IMG/VR virus record: IMGVR_UViG_2903109678_000002
Span: 10,656-74,655 of that record
Origin: a virus
Lineage: Duplodnaviria > Caudoviricetes
Strand: one strand, 5' to 3'
DNA: 64,000 nucleotides
In this document: one piece after another, positions 38,646 to 49,250 of the stretch
Layout: each line of letters opens with the position of its first letter
Numbering within the stretch: the stretch's first letter is position 1
Position numbers and translations under genes: made by a program
Notes under the pieces: generated by a model
Seen by the model: only the letters and a program-made list of their open reading frames with translations
Told to the model about the DNA's origin: nothing
The model's database searches: none

Positions 38646-38993
38646 TTACTGAATAGCCTGAACTTCGAATGTCGCCCGGTATAGCCCGGTGTCAGATTCC
38701 CAACCTTGCGTTTTGCTCAACTGGCTAAACCCAAGCGGCTCAAGCATATCTATCGCCTTGAGCCTTATCTCTCTGGCCTCGTCAATCGTCAGGGAATAGA
38801 CATCCACCTGCAAAACGCCAGTGCTTTCCGCCCGACAACCAAGCGTGTCAGCTTCACTTTCAGAAACTACTGTGAAGATAACCCACGGGGCGCGAATGTC
38901 TGGCTGACCAGCGGCATTAAGCGGGGCGATATAGGGGTAGACCTGACCATCAGCCAGGCCACCTATTAAGCTGTATACATCTGCTTCGGTCAT
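38646..38993 (-). CDS. Tail terminator (DUF3168-like)
   Basis: VYPYIAP...PWVIF...QVDVYS; synteny. Confidence 0.82.
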   Translation of the reverse strand: MTEADVYSLIGGLADGQVYPYIAPLNAAGQPDIRAPWVIFTVVSESEADTLGCRAESTGVLQVDVYSLTIDEAREIRLKAIDMLEPLGFSQLSKTQGWESDTGLYRATFEVQAIQ

Positions 38994-39436
38994 TTGCTGA
39001 GCGCCTCGTCAATTGCCTGGTTCGCACGCTCAAATGCAGCCTTAGTCGCGTCATCTTGCTTCGCTTCATAAGCGGGGCGAACGAAGGGGGTCGCAGGTAA
39101 CCGTGATGTGCCAAGTTCGACAAAGCGCCAGTAATAGGCGTTGTTCGGGTTGTCCGCTTTCATTTTGTTATCACTGTTTCCAGTCTCTGGGTTTGTACCG
39201 CGAATATGGACACCAGAGGTAATGTTGCCATTGCGGTCACGTTGGGTCATGACGACAACATTCTTTTTGAGCTTACCGGTCAGCTCCGGAGCGCGCTCAA
39301 TAACTTCATCTTTGAAAACTGTGGCCGCAGCGCGTGTCATGTCACGGACCACTTTATTGTTTTCAGCTTTACTCAGCACATCCAAATCAGCGGACAAATC
39401 CAGAAGGTCTGAGAAATCTAGCCTCGAATTAATCAT
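38990..39436 (-). CDS. HK97 gp10-family tail completion protein
   Basis: APELTGKLKK...YWRFVELGTS..PA.PFVRPA. Confidence 0.88.
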   Translation of the reverse strand: MINSRLDFSDLLDLSADLDVLSKAENNKVVRDMTRAAATVFKDEVIERAPELTGKLKKNVVVMTQRDRNGNITSGVHIRGTNPETGNSDNKMKADNPNNAYYWRFVELGTSRLPATPFVRPAYEAKQDDATKAAFERANQAIDEALSK

Positions 39437-39774
39437 GATTTCACGCCCTCTTCGCAGAGAAGCTCCAGGCGAGCACCGTTCTCCGCCTTAATGGCCGAAT
39501 TAATGGTATAGACCTCACCATTACCTGTTGGGGGAAGATGCAATACACGCCAGCCAGCTTTAACCAACACACCGGGAATTTTGCGAATCCAGATACGGGC
39601 AGTAGTCCCTGATAGCTCAGCGCCAGCGGCAATAATCTCCCGACCTGAGATATCAGTAATATCAGCACGAACAGAGATCACATCTACCCATGAAACGCCT
39701 GGCTGGCCTGATGGTAGCCTTCCCGTTCCGGGTTTTTGCAGCGTAACCCGATAACGCATAGGACCGGCTTTCAT
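39433..39774 (-). CDS. Head closure / head-tail adaptor
   Basis: MKAGPMRYRVTLQ...ISGRE. Confidence 0.85.
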   Translation of the reverse strand: MKAGPMRYRVTLQKPGTGRLPSGQPGVSWVDVISVRADITDISGREIIAAGAELSGTTARIWIRKIPGVLVKAGWRVLHLPPTGNGEVYTINSAIKAENGARLELLCEEGVKS

Positions 39775-40097
39775 ACGCCATAAATCCGGTAAGGCTGAAG
39801 GATTGCTTCAACAGCATAATCCAGTGAAGTACTGGTTAGCCCGGTAACAACAGCCTCACGGTTGGCATACCAGTGTGCGATCAGCATCAGCATCGCGGTT
39901 TCAATATCCTCACCGTAAAGCAGAGAATCTCGGTCAGTGATAAAGCCAGGATCGTCCGCCGATTCGTACAGGGTTCGGCGCGTGGACTTTTCAACCATCT
40001 TCACTGCTGCCTTAATTCGCCCAGCGATCCAGACGTCATCCTCCGTAAACCCCAGCTCCAGATTGCAGTGATGCTTTACCTGCTCAACGGTCAGCAT
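39771..40097 (-). CDS. Head-tail connector (gp6-like)
   Basis: VKHHC...AMLMLIAHWYANREAV...LQPYR. Confidence 0.9.
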   Translation of the reverse strand: MLTVEQVKHHCNLELGFTEDDVWIAGRIKAAVKMVEKSTRRTLYESADDPGFITDRDSLLYGEDIETAMLMLIAHWYANREAVVTGLTSTSLDYAVEAILQPYRIYGV

Positions 40098-40106
40098 CTG
40101 GCCCCC

Positions 40107-40364
<258 letters not shown>

Positions 40365-40409
40365 TGGATTACTCCCAATAAAAAACGGCCCGGAGGCCGC
40401 GATTAGTGA

Positions 40410-41630
40410 TTAGGAACCGGAACTGACTGCCGGGGCAGTGAATGGGCCATAGATAAAGCCCTCTGGACGTTTAACCGCGAGTGCCAGACGCTCTTCGCAT
40501 CGAATTGAAATCATGTTCTTTTCGAAGTCGTCGGAGTTCTCAGTAGAGATCACTACGTTCGCGTCTTCACGGTCAAAGAGCTGCGCCGCCGCGTTGAATG
40601 CACCAGTCAGGAACTTGCCCTGGAATGCTGCTGCTTCAGTCGCTACAACCGGCAGCCCCCAGAGGGTGGGACCAGTAAGCCCTGATGGATTAGCCAGAAT
40701 GTAGCGCCCCAGAGTGTCTTTGGTCAGTTCAATTTTCGCCCAGTCAATAAAGTGCAGAACATGGCCAGATGAAGGGAAACGAGCTAATTGCGCCTGCAAC
40801 ATCGCCAGTCGCAGATCGTCGATACCGTTTTGATTAGCGACTTCGAAAGCAGCGGCATAGGCCGAAGCCTGTGGAACGATGCCCTTGAGGTGTGCACCAG
40901 TACCGTCACCGAAAAGAATTTCCTGCTCTTCAACATACTTCAGGCCATAACGCATCTCAGCATCAACGGTCGATTGCAACTGAGCAAAGTCATCCAGAAT
41001 TTGCTTAGAAGCTTTGAACATGTGAGCAATGGTTGTTACAGGGGTGATCTGCGTTGCAAATTGAATATCGCTATACGGCTTGGTCGTTCCTTCAGGCACT
41101 ACAGCCGCTTTGTTGGTAAAGCCCGTCTGCTGCACCCAGAAAATCGCAGGTGATGAGGTTCGGCCTGGCGCAATCAGGTCACGAATGAACAAGCGCTGTT
41201 TAGGCGTAGTATCGATACCTGGCAGTCGTTGAGGTTCAACCACTCCATCAGCAACACCCGTTGATAACAATGCGGCGTTAACCGGGACGCTAACGCGTTT
41301 TCCTCCTTCAACGCTGGCAGCAAAGGCTTTCAGAGCTTCATTGTTGATAACAACCTGCCCAACCGTTTCAACCACTTTTGCTGCATTGATGAGAGGCATC
41401 TCGGCAACCTGCTGTTCCAGTTCACCCAACGCGGCTTTGAGTGTTTTTTCCGCATCGCGTAGGGCATTAAACTCTGACGCCATTTTATCTACAGCGGTTT
41501 TGGTTTCCGCTGAAAGCGTGCCTGCGTTTTTGGCCTCCTTCAAAGCCTCTTCCGCTTTGGCACTGAATTTACCACTGGCCTCTTCAATGCTGGCCGTGAC
41601 CTTTTTCAGAATTTCATTTACTTCAGACAT
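40410..41630 (-). CDS. Major capsid protein (HK97 fold)
   Basis: RLFIRDLIAPG, VPEGTTKP, EEQEILFGDGTG, TLWGLPVV, FEKNMISIRCEERLAL. Confidence 0.96.
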   Translation of the reverse strand: MSEVNEILKKVTASIEEASGKFSAKAEEALKEAKNAGTLSAETKTAVDKMASEFNALRDAEKTLKAALGELEQQVAEMPLINAAKVVETVGQVVINNEALKAFAASVEGGKRVSVPVNAALLSTGVADGVVEPQRLPGIDTTPKQRLFIRDLIAPGRTSSPAIFWVQQTGFTNKAAVVPEGTTKPYSDIQFATQITPVTTIAHMFKASKQILDDFAQLQSTVDAEMRYGLKYVEEQEILFGDGTGAHLKGIVPQASAYAAAFEVANQNGIDDLRLAMLQAQLARFPSSGHVLHFIDWAKIELTKDTLGRYILANPSGLTGPTLWGLPVVATEAAAFQGKFLTGAFNAAAQLFDREDANVVISTENSDDFEKNMISIRCEERLALAVKRPEGFIYGPFTAPAVSSGS

Positions 41631-41639
41631 GGGGATTCC

Positions 41640-42488
41640 TTATTTACGAAACGCCGCCAGGGCGCTTTCAAGTTGTTTGAGGTTGTCAGGATTGATTTCA
41701 TTGGTAGCGCCCGGCATACCATCTTGATCAGCAGTAGCGCCCGGCGTACTGCCTGTTAAAGCTTTAAGAAGTTTTCGCCGTTCTGAACGCGGGGTATCTG
41801 TTTTCGCCAGTAGCGCATCGAGTTTGCGAAGGGCTGCGGAGGGGCTGTCATCGTCGTCGGCAATCTCATCCGCAGAGAGAAGGCGATTAGCGAAACCTTT
41901 ATCAACGGCATCACTACCGCCGATATACGTTTCACCGTCCATCATTGCGCCAACCTCTTCCATGCTTAGCCCAGTTCGCGCTGAGTAGATGTCAGCCATG
42001 GCTTTATCAAACGGCTCCATATCGGCAGCCAGTTGCGCTAAATCGTGGCGATTGCCTGCTGCATACACCCAGCAGTTATGAATCATCAGAAACGCGCCGC
42101 GACCGATCTGGATGTCATCACCTGCCATCGCGATGATGGACGCAGCAGATGCAGCCAGGCCAAGCACCTTAACTGTCACCTTCCCCTCGTATTCACGCAG
42201 CAGGTTATAAATAGCCAGGCCTTCGAACATGTCACCGCCAGGGGAGTTAACGTTAACAGTCACGTCAGAGCCACCCAGGGAGCGAAGCGCTCCAGCAATA
42301 CGGCTGGCAGTGACACCGTCGCCCCAATAGTCCGCGCCGATCACATCAAAAATAGAAATGCTGCCCTCTTCGGGCTTTGCCGCCCTGATATTTCCGTCCC
42401 ACTTTTCCATCGCCGCAGACGGTAAATCGCGATTTGAGAGCGCAGAAGGACGCCCTACCGGCGCTGCCGGAAGGTTTTTTAAAGTCAT
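41640..42488 (-). CDS. Head maturation protease, ClpP-like
   Basis: NSPGGDMFEG, GLAASAASIIAMAGD, LMIHN. Confidence 0.93.
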   Translation of the reverse strand: MTLKNLPAAPVGRPSALSNRDLPSAAMEKWDGNIRAAKPEEGSISIFDVIGADYWGDGVTASRIAGALRSLGGSDVTVNVNSPGGDMFEGLAIYNLLREYEGKVTVKVLGLAASAASIIAMAGDDIQIGRGAFLMIHNCWVYAAGNRHDLAQLAADMEPFDKAMADIYSARTGLSMEEVGAMMDGETYIGGSDAVDKGFANRLLSADEIADDDDSPSAALRKLDALLAKTDTPRSERRKLLKALTGSTPGATADQDGMPGATNEINPDNLKQLESALAAFRK

Positions 42489-42498
42489 TGAGAGGCTC

Positions 42499-43803
42499 CT
42501 AAGCCGCTTTTTTAAGCGGGGATTGTTCGAAAGGTATGTCCGGGAATACGTGAGCGTGAAGTTGTCTTGCTGCTAAAGCGTTAGCTGCATGACTATTTGT
42601 TTTCAGGTCTTCAAGTGGTGTCAGGTTAAGTTGCACTGTGTACAGCTCACCGCCCTCAATTGGCGGCATATTCTCCAGCCTGCGAACATCGTTACGCGAC
42701 ATCCAGCCATTCTGAAGAGCTGTGGTGTAGTAAGCGGCACGGCCTGCACTGTCTGCTCTCAGCAATCCTTCAACTGAGAACTCGGCAAACAGATCGTCGT
42801 CACCATCCAGCAGACAGCGGCAAATCTCCTGCTCAATGTTGACCAGCATTGGCCGAAGCGTGTTAGTCAGGAATTGCAGATTCATTCCCTCCAGGCTAGA
42901 GGCCCAGCTACTTTGCTTGTCAGCGTGGCCGACCATAAAAGGCGGCACGCGGAACCAGCGGCAAATCTCCTCAATGCTGAATGACCGGGATTCCAGCATT
43001 TGTGCAGCTTCTGGATTCATGGTGACGTTCTGATACTTCAGGCCACCTTCCAGCACCATGATTTTCCCGGCGTTTTTGGACCCGGTAAAAGCCTGCATGT
43101 AGCCACGAAGCCTTTCTCGCTGATCATCATTAAGAGCAGCCTCGGCTGAGAGGAACCCCGAACTCTGAAGGCCGTTTTCAAATATCTTCGCAGCGGATTC
43201 TTCAACCGCCATTGCTGAGCCAATCACATCGCGTCCAACCATCATTGGCATCATCCCGCAGACACCATCCAGGCCAAATCCACGAATATGCATGATGTTC
43301 TTCAGCGGAATAACTCGCGGTGATTTTGACTCGGTGTAGGTGTATTCCAGTACGCCGCTGTCGAGGCGTTTAACCACCATGTTCTGCGGCAGCAAAGGCA
43401 CCAGAGAAACCAGTTTGCTACCGATAAATTTCTTTTCAATAAAGGCATTTCCGCGCAGGCAGATACTGGCAACCAGCATCAACATGAAGCGGGAAGGCGT
43501 CATTTCCATATTGGGGCGGCGACAAAGCACCTGATACGCCGGGTGATTCATAGCCAGCTTTCGTGAGCCATCGTCTTGTCGCTCATAAATCTTTAACGGC
43601 AGCGTCGATACCGATTCACTCAGCAACCGGACGCACGCCCAGACAGCAGACAGGCGGATTGCTTTATCTGCTGACACCACCTTGCCGCTGCTGCTCATCC
43701 CCATCCATTCCTGCCAGAATGTTCCCGTGGTTAAGCTAATCGGCACGCCCAGCCAGTTCAGCAGCGCACTTTTAACCCTGCCGGGCTGTTTGTTTGCTTT
43801 CAT
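42499..43803 (-). CDS. Portal protein (HK97 family)
   Basis: SAVWACVRLLSESVSTLPL, LRGNAF, EICRWFRVPP. Confidence 0.95.
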   Translation of the reverse strand: MKANKQPGRVKSALLNWLGVPISLTTGTFWQEWMGMSSSGKVVSADKAIRLSAVWACVRLLSESVSTLPLKIYERQDDGSRKLAMNHPAYQVLCRRPNMEMTPSRFMLMLVASICLRGNAFIEKKFIGSKLVSLVPLLPQNMVVKRLDSGVLEYTYTESKSPRVIPLKNIMHIRGFGLDGVCGMMPMMVGRDVIGSAMAVEESAAKIFENGLQSSGFLSAEAALNDDQRERLRGYMQAFTGSKNAGKIMVLEGGLKYQNVTMNPEAAQMLESRSFSIEEICRWFRVPPFMVGHADKQSSWASSLEGMNLQFLTNTLRPMLVNIEQEICRCLLDGDDDLFAEFSVEGLLRADSAGRAAYYTTALQNGWMSRNDVRRLENMPPIEGGELYTVQLNLTPLEDLKTNSHAANALAARQLHAHVFPDIPFEQSPLKKAA

Positions 43804-45533
43804 CAGAAACCTATCATTATCGGGTTGTCGAAGAAGCCGCTCAGGTCTTGCACGTCTCCACCACCATTGACCAGCAGACGACTTTTGGCGGTGAATAATG
43901 CTACAGGGCCATCAATTTTATTTTCCGGGGTCGATTTATTCGGAAATATGTTGTCGTTCTTATCGGGCTTAACCGTAATATTCGACATCATCCATGTCAT
44001 AACCGGATTATCGTTATGATGGAATTTGTTGCCATATATCTCCGCCTGCACCGATTTCATCGCTTCAGAGAGGTTTTTAACCGTCTGAGGTACTTCAACC
44101 AGCGGCAAACCTTCTTCAGCCAGCGCCAGACTGAATTGCAGTGCGCTCCATGGGTCAAAAGCAATTTCCTTGATATTCTCGCCATGCAGCCACTCCACAA
44201 TTTCAGCCTTGATATACGCGTGATCGATAACATCACCATCGGTTAATTCCAGATATCCGGCATCAGACCACTTGCGGTAAAGCTCAGCGATATGATTAGG
44301 GGCGGTTTCAATGCGCCCTTCCGGTAGCCAGAATCGCGGTTCAATATGTGTTTCGCCTGTTGGATCGCGCCATGCTTTCACTGCCGCGCAAATATCAATT
44401 TTGTTTGCCAGGTCAACACCAACCCACAGCGGCCAGCCTTTTCTCTTCTCAATAGCAGCCGTTTCGGGCATCTTCGCCCAGCGCTCCATGTCCATCCAGG
44501 CACTTTCAGCAGTAACCCAGATGTTCAGGTGTTTGGTGAAGAAGTTAGGCCGTGCGGCCACCTGCTCTTTCGCCTTCTTCGCGAGGCGGCGCATATCATC
44601 CCAGCGCTTGCAGACCCCGAGTCCGGGGTTTGCTTTCGGCCAGTTCGCCTCATCAAAGGGATCGTCATCTTCGTCCAGGGTGTAGATGACGGCAAAGTAA
44701 GTGTCATCATCCACTATTCCGCGTAATACCTTGATGGCGTAATCACGCTGCTCGAAGCAGATTCCCTCTTTGTTAGTGCCCGCCGTGGTGATAGCAAACA
44801 ACAGCGATTGAAGACGCGCACCCGTTGCGGTTTCGAGCACGTCCCACACATCACGGGTACGGTGAGCGTGCAGCTCATCGACTATCCCGCAGTGGATGTT
44901 GAGGCCGTCGAGGTTGTTGGCGTCACTGGAAAGCGGCTCAAACTTTGACGCAGTTCTTTCCTGATGGATATTGAGCTTTACGTGACCGAAAAGCCGCCCC
45001 AGCGTACGAGGTGACTTCTTAATCATGTTCTTTGCATCGTCAAACACGATGCGAGCCTGATCGCGCGTAGTGGCTGCTGAGTAAACCTCTGCACCACCTT
45101 CGCCATCAGCTCCAGTCATGTACAGACCGATACCGGATGAGAGTGTAGATTTGGCGTTTTTACGTGCCACTTCGTCATAAGCCGTGCGGAAACGGCGTAC
45201 CATAACCGGATCGCCATCTTCATCCAAAACCTGTTCGCCGCTGATCTCATCGATAAGCGGAATAATGAATCCAAACAGGTTAATCAGAATAAAGATGTGC
45301 CAGGGCATTAAATCAATCGGCTTGCCTGCCAGCGCACCTTTCACATGTGGAACGAAATTGTAGAAGTCGAGAATGTGCTGGGCGCGGTCCTCACTGAAAT
45401 AGACGCCGCGTTCCGGTCCATGCTCTAAATCATTGAGGAATCGCTGACACGCCAGGCGCACCAGTTCGCCAGCAACAATCTCGCCAGCCAGTACGCGCTC
45501 GGCGTACTGAATACCAGCCTGGACGGTTGCCAT
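43803..45533 (-). CDS. terL: Terminase large subunit
   Basis: ARKNAKST (Walker A), IVDELH (Walker B), GVDLA, KIDGPVA. Confidence 0.96.
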   Translation of the reverse strand: MATVQAGIQYAERVLAGEIVAGELVRLACQRFLNDLEHGPERGVYFSEDRAQHILDFYNFVPHVKGALAGKPIDLMPWHIFILINLFGFIIPLIDEISGEQVLDEDGDPVMVRRFRTAYDEVARKNAKSTLSSGIGLYMTGADGEGGAEVYSAATTRDQARIVFDDAKNMIKKSPRTLGRLFGHVKLNIHQERTASKFEPLSSDANNLDGLNIHCGIVDELHAHRTRDVWDVLETATGARLQSLLFAITTAGTNKEGICFEQRDYAIKVLRGIVDDDTYFAVIYTLDEDDDPFDEANWPKANPGLGVCKRWDDMRRLAKKAKEQVAARPNFFTKHLNIWVTAESAWMDMERWAKMPETAAIEKRKGWPLWVGVDLANKIDICAAVKAWRDPTGETHIEPRFWLPEGRIETAPNHIAELYRKWSDAGYLELTDGDVIDHAYIKAEIVEWLHGENIKEIAFDPWSALQFSLALAEEGLPLVEVPQTVKNLSEAMKSVQAEIYGNKFHHNDNPVMTWMMSNITVKPDKNDNIFPNKSTPENKIDGPVALFTAKSRLLVNGGGDVQDLSGFFDNPIMIGF

Positions 45534-45536
45534 TCA

Positions 45537-46010
45537 TCATTTGCGCTTTTTAAGAAATTCTTCCAGTGGATCGGCTTCAGTCGGGTCTTTCGCGCCAACC
45601 TTGGTTCGGCTGGCAGGCGTCATTCCGAATTCGCCAAGCATCGCCCGTATTCTTTTCCAGGCGTCAGATTTCATTATCGCGGCGGGGTGAGCCTTGATTA
45701 ACACATCCCCGGTCATGGTTTCGGTGCGATAGGTGTAACCCTCTATCGCCAAAGTGTCGCAGTGGTGGCGAAACTCGGTGTAAGCCTCTACCAGCAATTC
45801 GAGCGCTCGGGCATCGAGTTTGGTTACCACGCCGATAGCGTCAAGTTCTTCGCCAATCCGCTTAAACCAGTACTTCCCCTGCTTATCAAAATGCTTAGGA
45901 ATTGGGGGAACCCCTGAAGGCGGTTTTGGTTCGTTCTTGTTTATGGCTCTTTTTGATGGATTCCCCTTCACCAAAGCCAGGTGTGTCGGGGTTTTCGGTG
46001 GTCCTGGCAT
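45537..46010 (-). CDS. terS: Terminase small subunit (P27 family)
   Basis: GPPKTPTHL..KGNPSKR...HPA...EFGMTPASR. Confidence 0.93.
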   Translation of the reverse strand: MPGPPKTPTHLALVKGNPSKRAINKNEPKPPSGVPPIPKHFDKQGKYWFKRIGEELDAIGVVTKLDARALELLVEAYTEFRHHCDTLAIEGYTYRTETMTGDVLIKAHPAAIMKSDAWKRIRAMLGEFGMTPASRTKVGAKDPTEADPLEEFLKKRK

Positions 46011-46086
46011 AATCGAAAACTCCTATTAATTAACGATGCGGAAACCCATAAAAAAGCTTTCTAACCTGCGGCGGTGTGAAAAAAGG

Positions 46087-46096
46087 TTAGGCGGCG
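46087..46096 (-). other. Putative cos site (HK97-like)
   Basis: CGCCGCCTAA in a GC-rich stretch between HNH and terS, resembling HK97-type cos sequences. Confidence 0.45.
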
Positions 46097-46204
46097 GTCC
46101 TTTAGGGGCAAAGGCCCGAACTTTCGCCCCGCCCCACCCGATAAACGATAATGAATCTCATTTATATTTAGGGCGCACTAGTTTTGTGCAAATAGTTTTG
46201 ATTA

Positions 46205-46555
46205 TTACTTGCATCGCTCTTTGGCTGTTTTGCCTTTATGGCACGACCAGCACAGCGCCTGTAGGTTGGCATCATCATCCGTGCCACCGTGTGCCTTGGG
46301 TTTGATGTGGTCTACGGTAGATGCTGGGGCGGGCTTCTGCTGCCGCAAGCACTCCTGGCATAGATGACGATCACGTTTAAGTATGCGAGCGCGGATGACG
46401 TCCCACTTGCTGCCATAGCCTCGCTGGTGTCGGGTCTTGCCGCCTTGATGTTGTTCCCAGCCCTCGTTGCGATGTTCTTCGCAATAGCCTGAGCGGTCGC
46501 TTGTGGTGCGCGCACAGCCACGCTTACGGCATGCGCGAGGAATAGCTGATGGCAT
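46205..46555 (-). CDS. Packaging-associated HNH endonuclease
   Basis: RGYGSKW...CQEC...VDHIKPK..GG.D...NLQALC..CH. Confidence 0.92.
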   Translation of the reverse strand: MPSAIPRACRKRGCARTTSDRSGYCEEHRNEGWEQHQGGKTRHQRGYGSKWDVIRARILKRDRHLCQECLRQQKPAPASTVDHIKPKAHGGTDDDANLQALCWSCHKGKTAKERCK

Positions 46556-46587
46556 ATAAACTCCAATAAAAAACTGCCTGGAGGTGG

Positions 46588-47055
46588 CTAGAGTATAGAG
46601 TTTCCAAAAGCATCAAACCCTATGCCTTTTGCTTCGGGTAAGCTCTCCAGGGATATCCTTGTGTCTCTTCGAACGTACATATCGAAGAGCCCTAAGTCCT
46701 TTTTTCCTATGAGGTGCTTGTTGGCTCCTCTTCCCAGCCATCCGCTTACCATAGCTCCAATAAATTTCGGATGATGATGAGATTTGACGACAGGCTTGCT
46801 TTCTTGAAAGTTTTCTTTGTAAAAACGATGAAGATTTGTACGAGGATACTTTTCATGAACATAATCCCACCAAACTGAAATCCTAATTTCACCATGCCCT
46901 ACTCCGCTCCAGTTTATAACTGCAAGTTTACCTCCAATCTCGGCTACAGCGTGGCCGGATGGTTCTCCTTCATCTTTTCCACTATCGAGGTTGATTAGAC
47001 CATTAACAACTAAGTGGTTAGTGGCATGAACAAGTAGGTTTCGTAAGGCAGTCAT
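46588..47055 (-). CDS. Hypothetical protein (accessory)
   Basis: 155-aa ORF, lower GC, between lysis and HNH genes. Confidence 0.6.
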   Translation of the reverse strand: MTALRNLLVHATNHLVVNGLINLDSGKDEGEPSGHAVAEIGGKLAVINWSGVGHGEIRISVWWDYVHEKYPRTNLHRFYKENFQESKPVVKSHHHPKFIGAMVSGWLGRGANKHLIGKKDLGLFDMYVRRDTRISLESLPEAKGIGFDAFGNSIL

Positions 47056-47354
47056 AGAAGCCTTCTCCAGGGATTCAGTTGATAGTTACCGGATGGAGAA
47101 TTTTTTAACAGGAAACCTTTTGGAAAGCTAACATCTTAGGCAGCACTCGCAAATGTGCCCTAAGATGATCGGCACAACTTGTGATGAAGTGCCAATGATT
47201 AGCTGAAGTATCTTATCGAACACCTTGATAGTGTCCAGAATCGTTCTCACGCCTTAAATTTACCTACCAATATTTAGATAGTGGTAAATTAGGCATGATT
47301 TACGCTCTTTAAATTACATCAAAAGTTAGGCTACCTAATCTCTCACGCTGCAAA

Positions 47355-47702
47355 TTAGATCATACGCCTTTGACTTCTAAGCCTGTTTGACTCTACTTTT
47401 TTGCTTTTGAAGTCGTAAGCCCTAAGCTTCCTTTTAATAATCTTTATAGAATATGCAATGACGCTACTCCATTCAGCACTAGCAGTCTTCATGAGGCAAC
47501 TTTCAAGCATTTTAACTAAGTCTCTAAGAGCCGATTCGAATCCAGACTTATCGTGACTAAATTTTAACCTCAACTCAATGATTACTGCATCTACATCAGC
47601 CTTGCTCTCAGAAAAACTCTCTCCCGACTGATGAGATAGAGCTATCCTTCTGATTTTCCCAAAGAAGTAACTTAATTCTATGTTTTGATTTAACAAAGTC
47701 AC
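47355..47702 (-). CDS. Hypothetical protein (AT-rich accessory)
   Basis: 115-aa ORF, GTG start after GAG. Confidence 0.45.
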   Translation of the reverse strand: MTLLNQNIELSYFFGKIRRIALSHQSGESFSESKADVDAVIIELRLKFSHDKSGFESALRDLVKMLESCLMKTASAEWSSVIAYSIKIIKRKLRAYDFKSKKVESNRLRSQRRMI

Positions 47703-48165
47703 CTCGACGTATGTATAAAAAAAGTAACCACACGAAACAAAAACATTAGAAAACCAATAGTATTCTAAGAATCTCTCGGCTATAGAGGCCTACTAAATTG
47801 TACAGACTCAAACTATTTTTACTGATCAATTTTGTTTTATGCAAAATTATCTCATTCAAATAAAGTGAATGACTTTAATGGTAAACGACCATGTAAACAA
47901 TAAAACCTATCAATAACAATACTTTTAACATTAATTTTTTTGAAAATATAACGCAAAGATATAGACAAACTGGTAATACCACTAGTTTTAAAAAAACTAA
48001 AGTTGTACATTTTTTCAAAAGCTGTATAAGTTAAAAACGTCATCAGTTTTAAAGTAACGAATGGTGCCTTGCGCCTCCTCTGAGAACTTTTTCGGATTAC
48101 GCTCTCAGAGGTTTTTTTCGATGGATTTAAATCCCTTCATAAAGAATTTAAGTAAGAAAATTCTT

Positions 48166-48468
48166 TCACCTACTCTTTAACCGATTTAATTCTATGATTC
48201 GTATAGACATTTTATCAAGGTTGCATTGAGCTAACGCGCTTAATGAAAGCACGTTAAGTTGCAGGCTCTGCGCCCAGGTCATGTTGTCGGGAATGGTGGG
48301 CTGTGGTGTGTCGGCGGTCAGCTCAATGCTGATCGGCACGTATGGCTCTTTGACGTAAACCGTTTGCGAATCCGCGCAACTGCTCAACAGCATCACTATT
48401 AATATGGGTGTTAGCGCACGTATCAGTGGAGAGTTGTTTTTGGATAGTGATAACCCTTTCGCCAGCAT
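48166..48468 (-). CDS. o-spanin (Rz1-like lipoprotein)
   Basis: Lipobox LLSSC, proline-rich, ALAQCNLDK; overlaps the Rz 3' end; start uncertain. Confidence 0.8.
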   Translation of the reverse strand: MLAKGLSLSKNNSPLIRALTPILIVMLLSSCADSQTVYVKEPYVPISIELTADTPQPTIPDNMTWAQSLQLNVLSLSALAQCNLDKMSIRIIELNRLKSR

Positions 48469-48712
48469 CTGCCGCAACAGTCGTTTTTTCTTCATGGGTA
48501 GCTCGTGATAGATCATTAATGAGGGTTACAGCAGTTATCACGTTATTGGTGATTGCCTCTGCTGTCGCTTTGCCCTGCTCCGCCTGTTCCTTCTGTTTAG
48601 CTAGCTCGACGTTGCTTGTGTGCTGCACTTTCACCGTTACAGCCAGGCCAATGATGAACAGAGCGAGAATGACTATCGCCACCGATCCCCACTTGATATC
48701 GGAAAGTGTCAT
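48323..48712 (-). CDS. i-spanin (Rz-like)
   Basis: N-terminal TM, coiled coil, DTCA near C-terminus. Confidence 0.85.
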   Translation of the reverse strand: MTLSDIKWGSVAIVILALFIIGLAVTVKVQHTSNVELAKQKEQAEQGKATAEAITNNVITAVTLINDLSRATHEEKTTVAADAGERVITIQKQLSTDTCANTHINSDAVEQLRGFANGLRQRAIRADQH

Positions 48713-49248
48713 TCATCCAGTCCCCAGCACGTTAGCTCTGACTCCTGGTCCCGGCGATCAACCTGTCCGAAACAATTATTAGAGCGGATTCGGCAATCTT
48801 TCCCGCCGTCGAATATCCATTGCCTGATTGCAGCACACGCGCCTTTGCGATCACCGGCATTAAGCTTGCGATAGAACGTTGACGGCAGGCATTTGCCGGG
48901 GCCAATGTTCCACGGGCAGAACGAAGCAATGCCAACTTTCTGAGGTTCGGTCAGAGGAACGTGAACATTCCTGGCAACCCAGTCCAGCGCCTTTGCCTGT
49001 TCTGCTTTATCGATAGCATCGCATTGCGCAGCGCTTAACTTCATGCCTTCCACTACCGACTTGCCGTTAACGCGCGTAACGCCACCACAGATTGTCCAGA
49101 CCCCGCCAGCGTCAGCGTATGCCGTCAGGCTTGAGCCTTCTTTCTCTTTCTGAAACTGTGACATCAGGGACGGAGCAGAAGCCCCTGCGGCTATAAGCGC
49201 CAGCATGGCGGCACTGAGACGGGTTTTAAGTTGGGTAGATACAGCCAT
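48709..49248 (-). CDS. SAR endolysin (GH24 lysozyme)
   Basis: Ala/Gly-rich SAR helix; EG..LTAY.D.GGVWTIC (E-8x-D-5x-T triad). Confidence 0.93.
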   Translation of the reverse strand: MAVSTQLKTRLSAAMLALIAAGASAPSLMSQFQKEKEGSSLTAYADAGGVWTICGGVTRVNGKSVVEGMKLSAAQCDAIDKAEQAKALDWVARNVHVPLTEPQKVGIASFCPWNIGPGKCLPSTFYRKLNAGDRKGACAAIRQWIFDGGKDCRIRSNNCFGQVDRRDQESELTCWGLDE

Positions 49249-49250
49249 AC

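Noticed and set aside
46148-46166. Fur-box-like GATAATGAATCTCATTTAT
   Set aside because: Lies in the cos/terminase-binding region where such AT-rich motifs are common; no iron-related gene follows.
46588-47055. RNLLVH as a HEPN motif in the 155-aa orphan
   Set aside because: It sits at the extreme N-terminus of a beta-rich sequence, the wrong context for HEPN.
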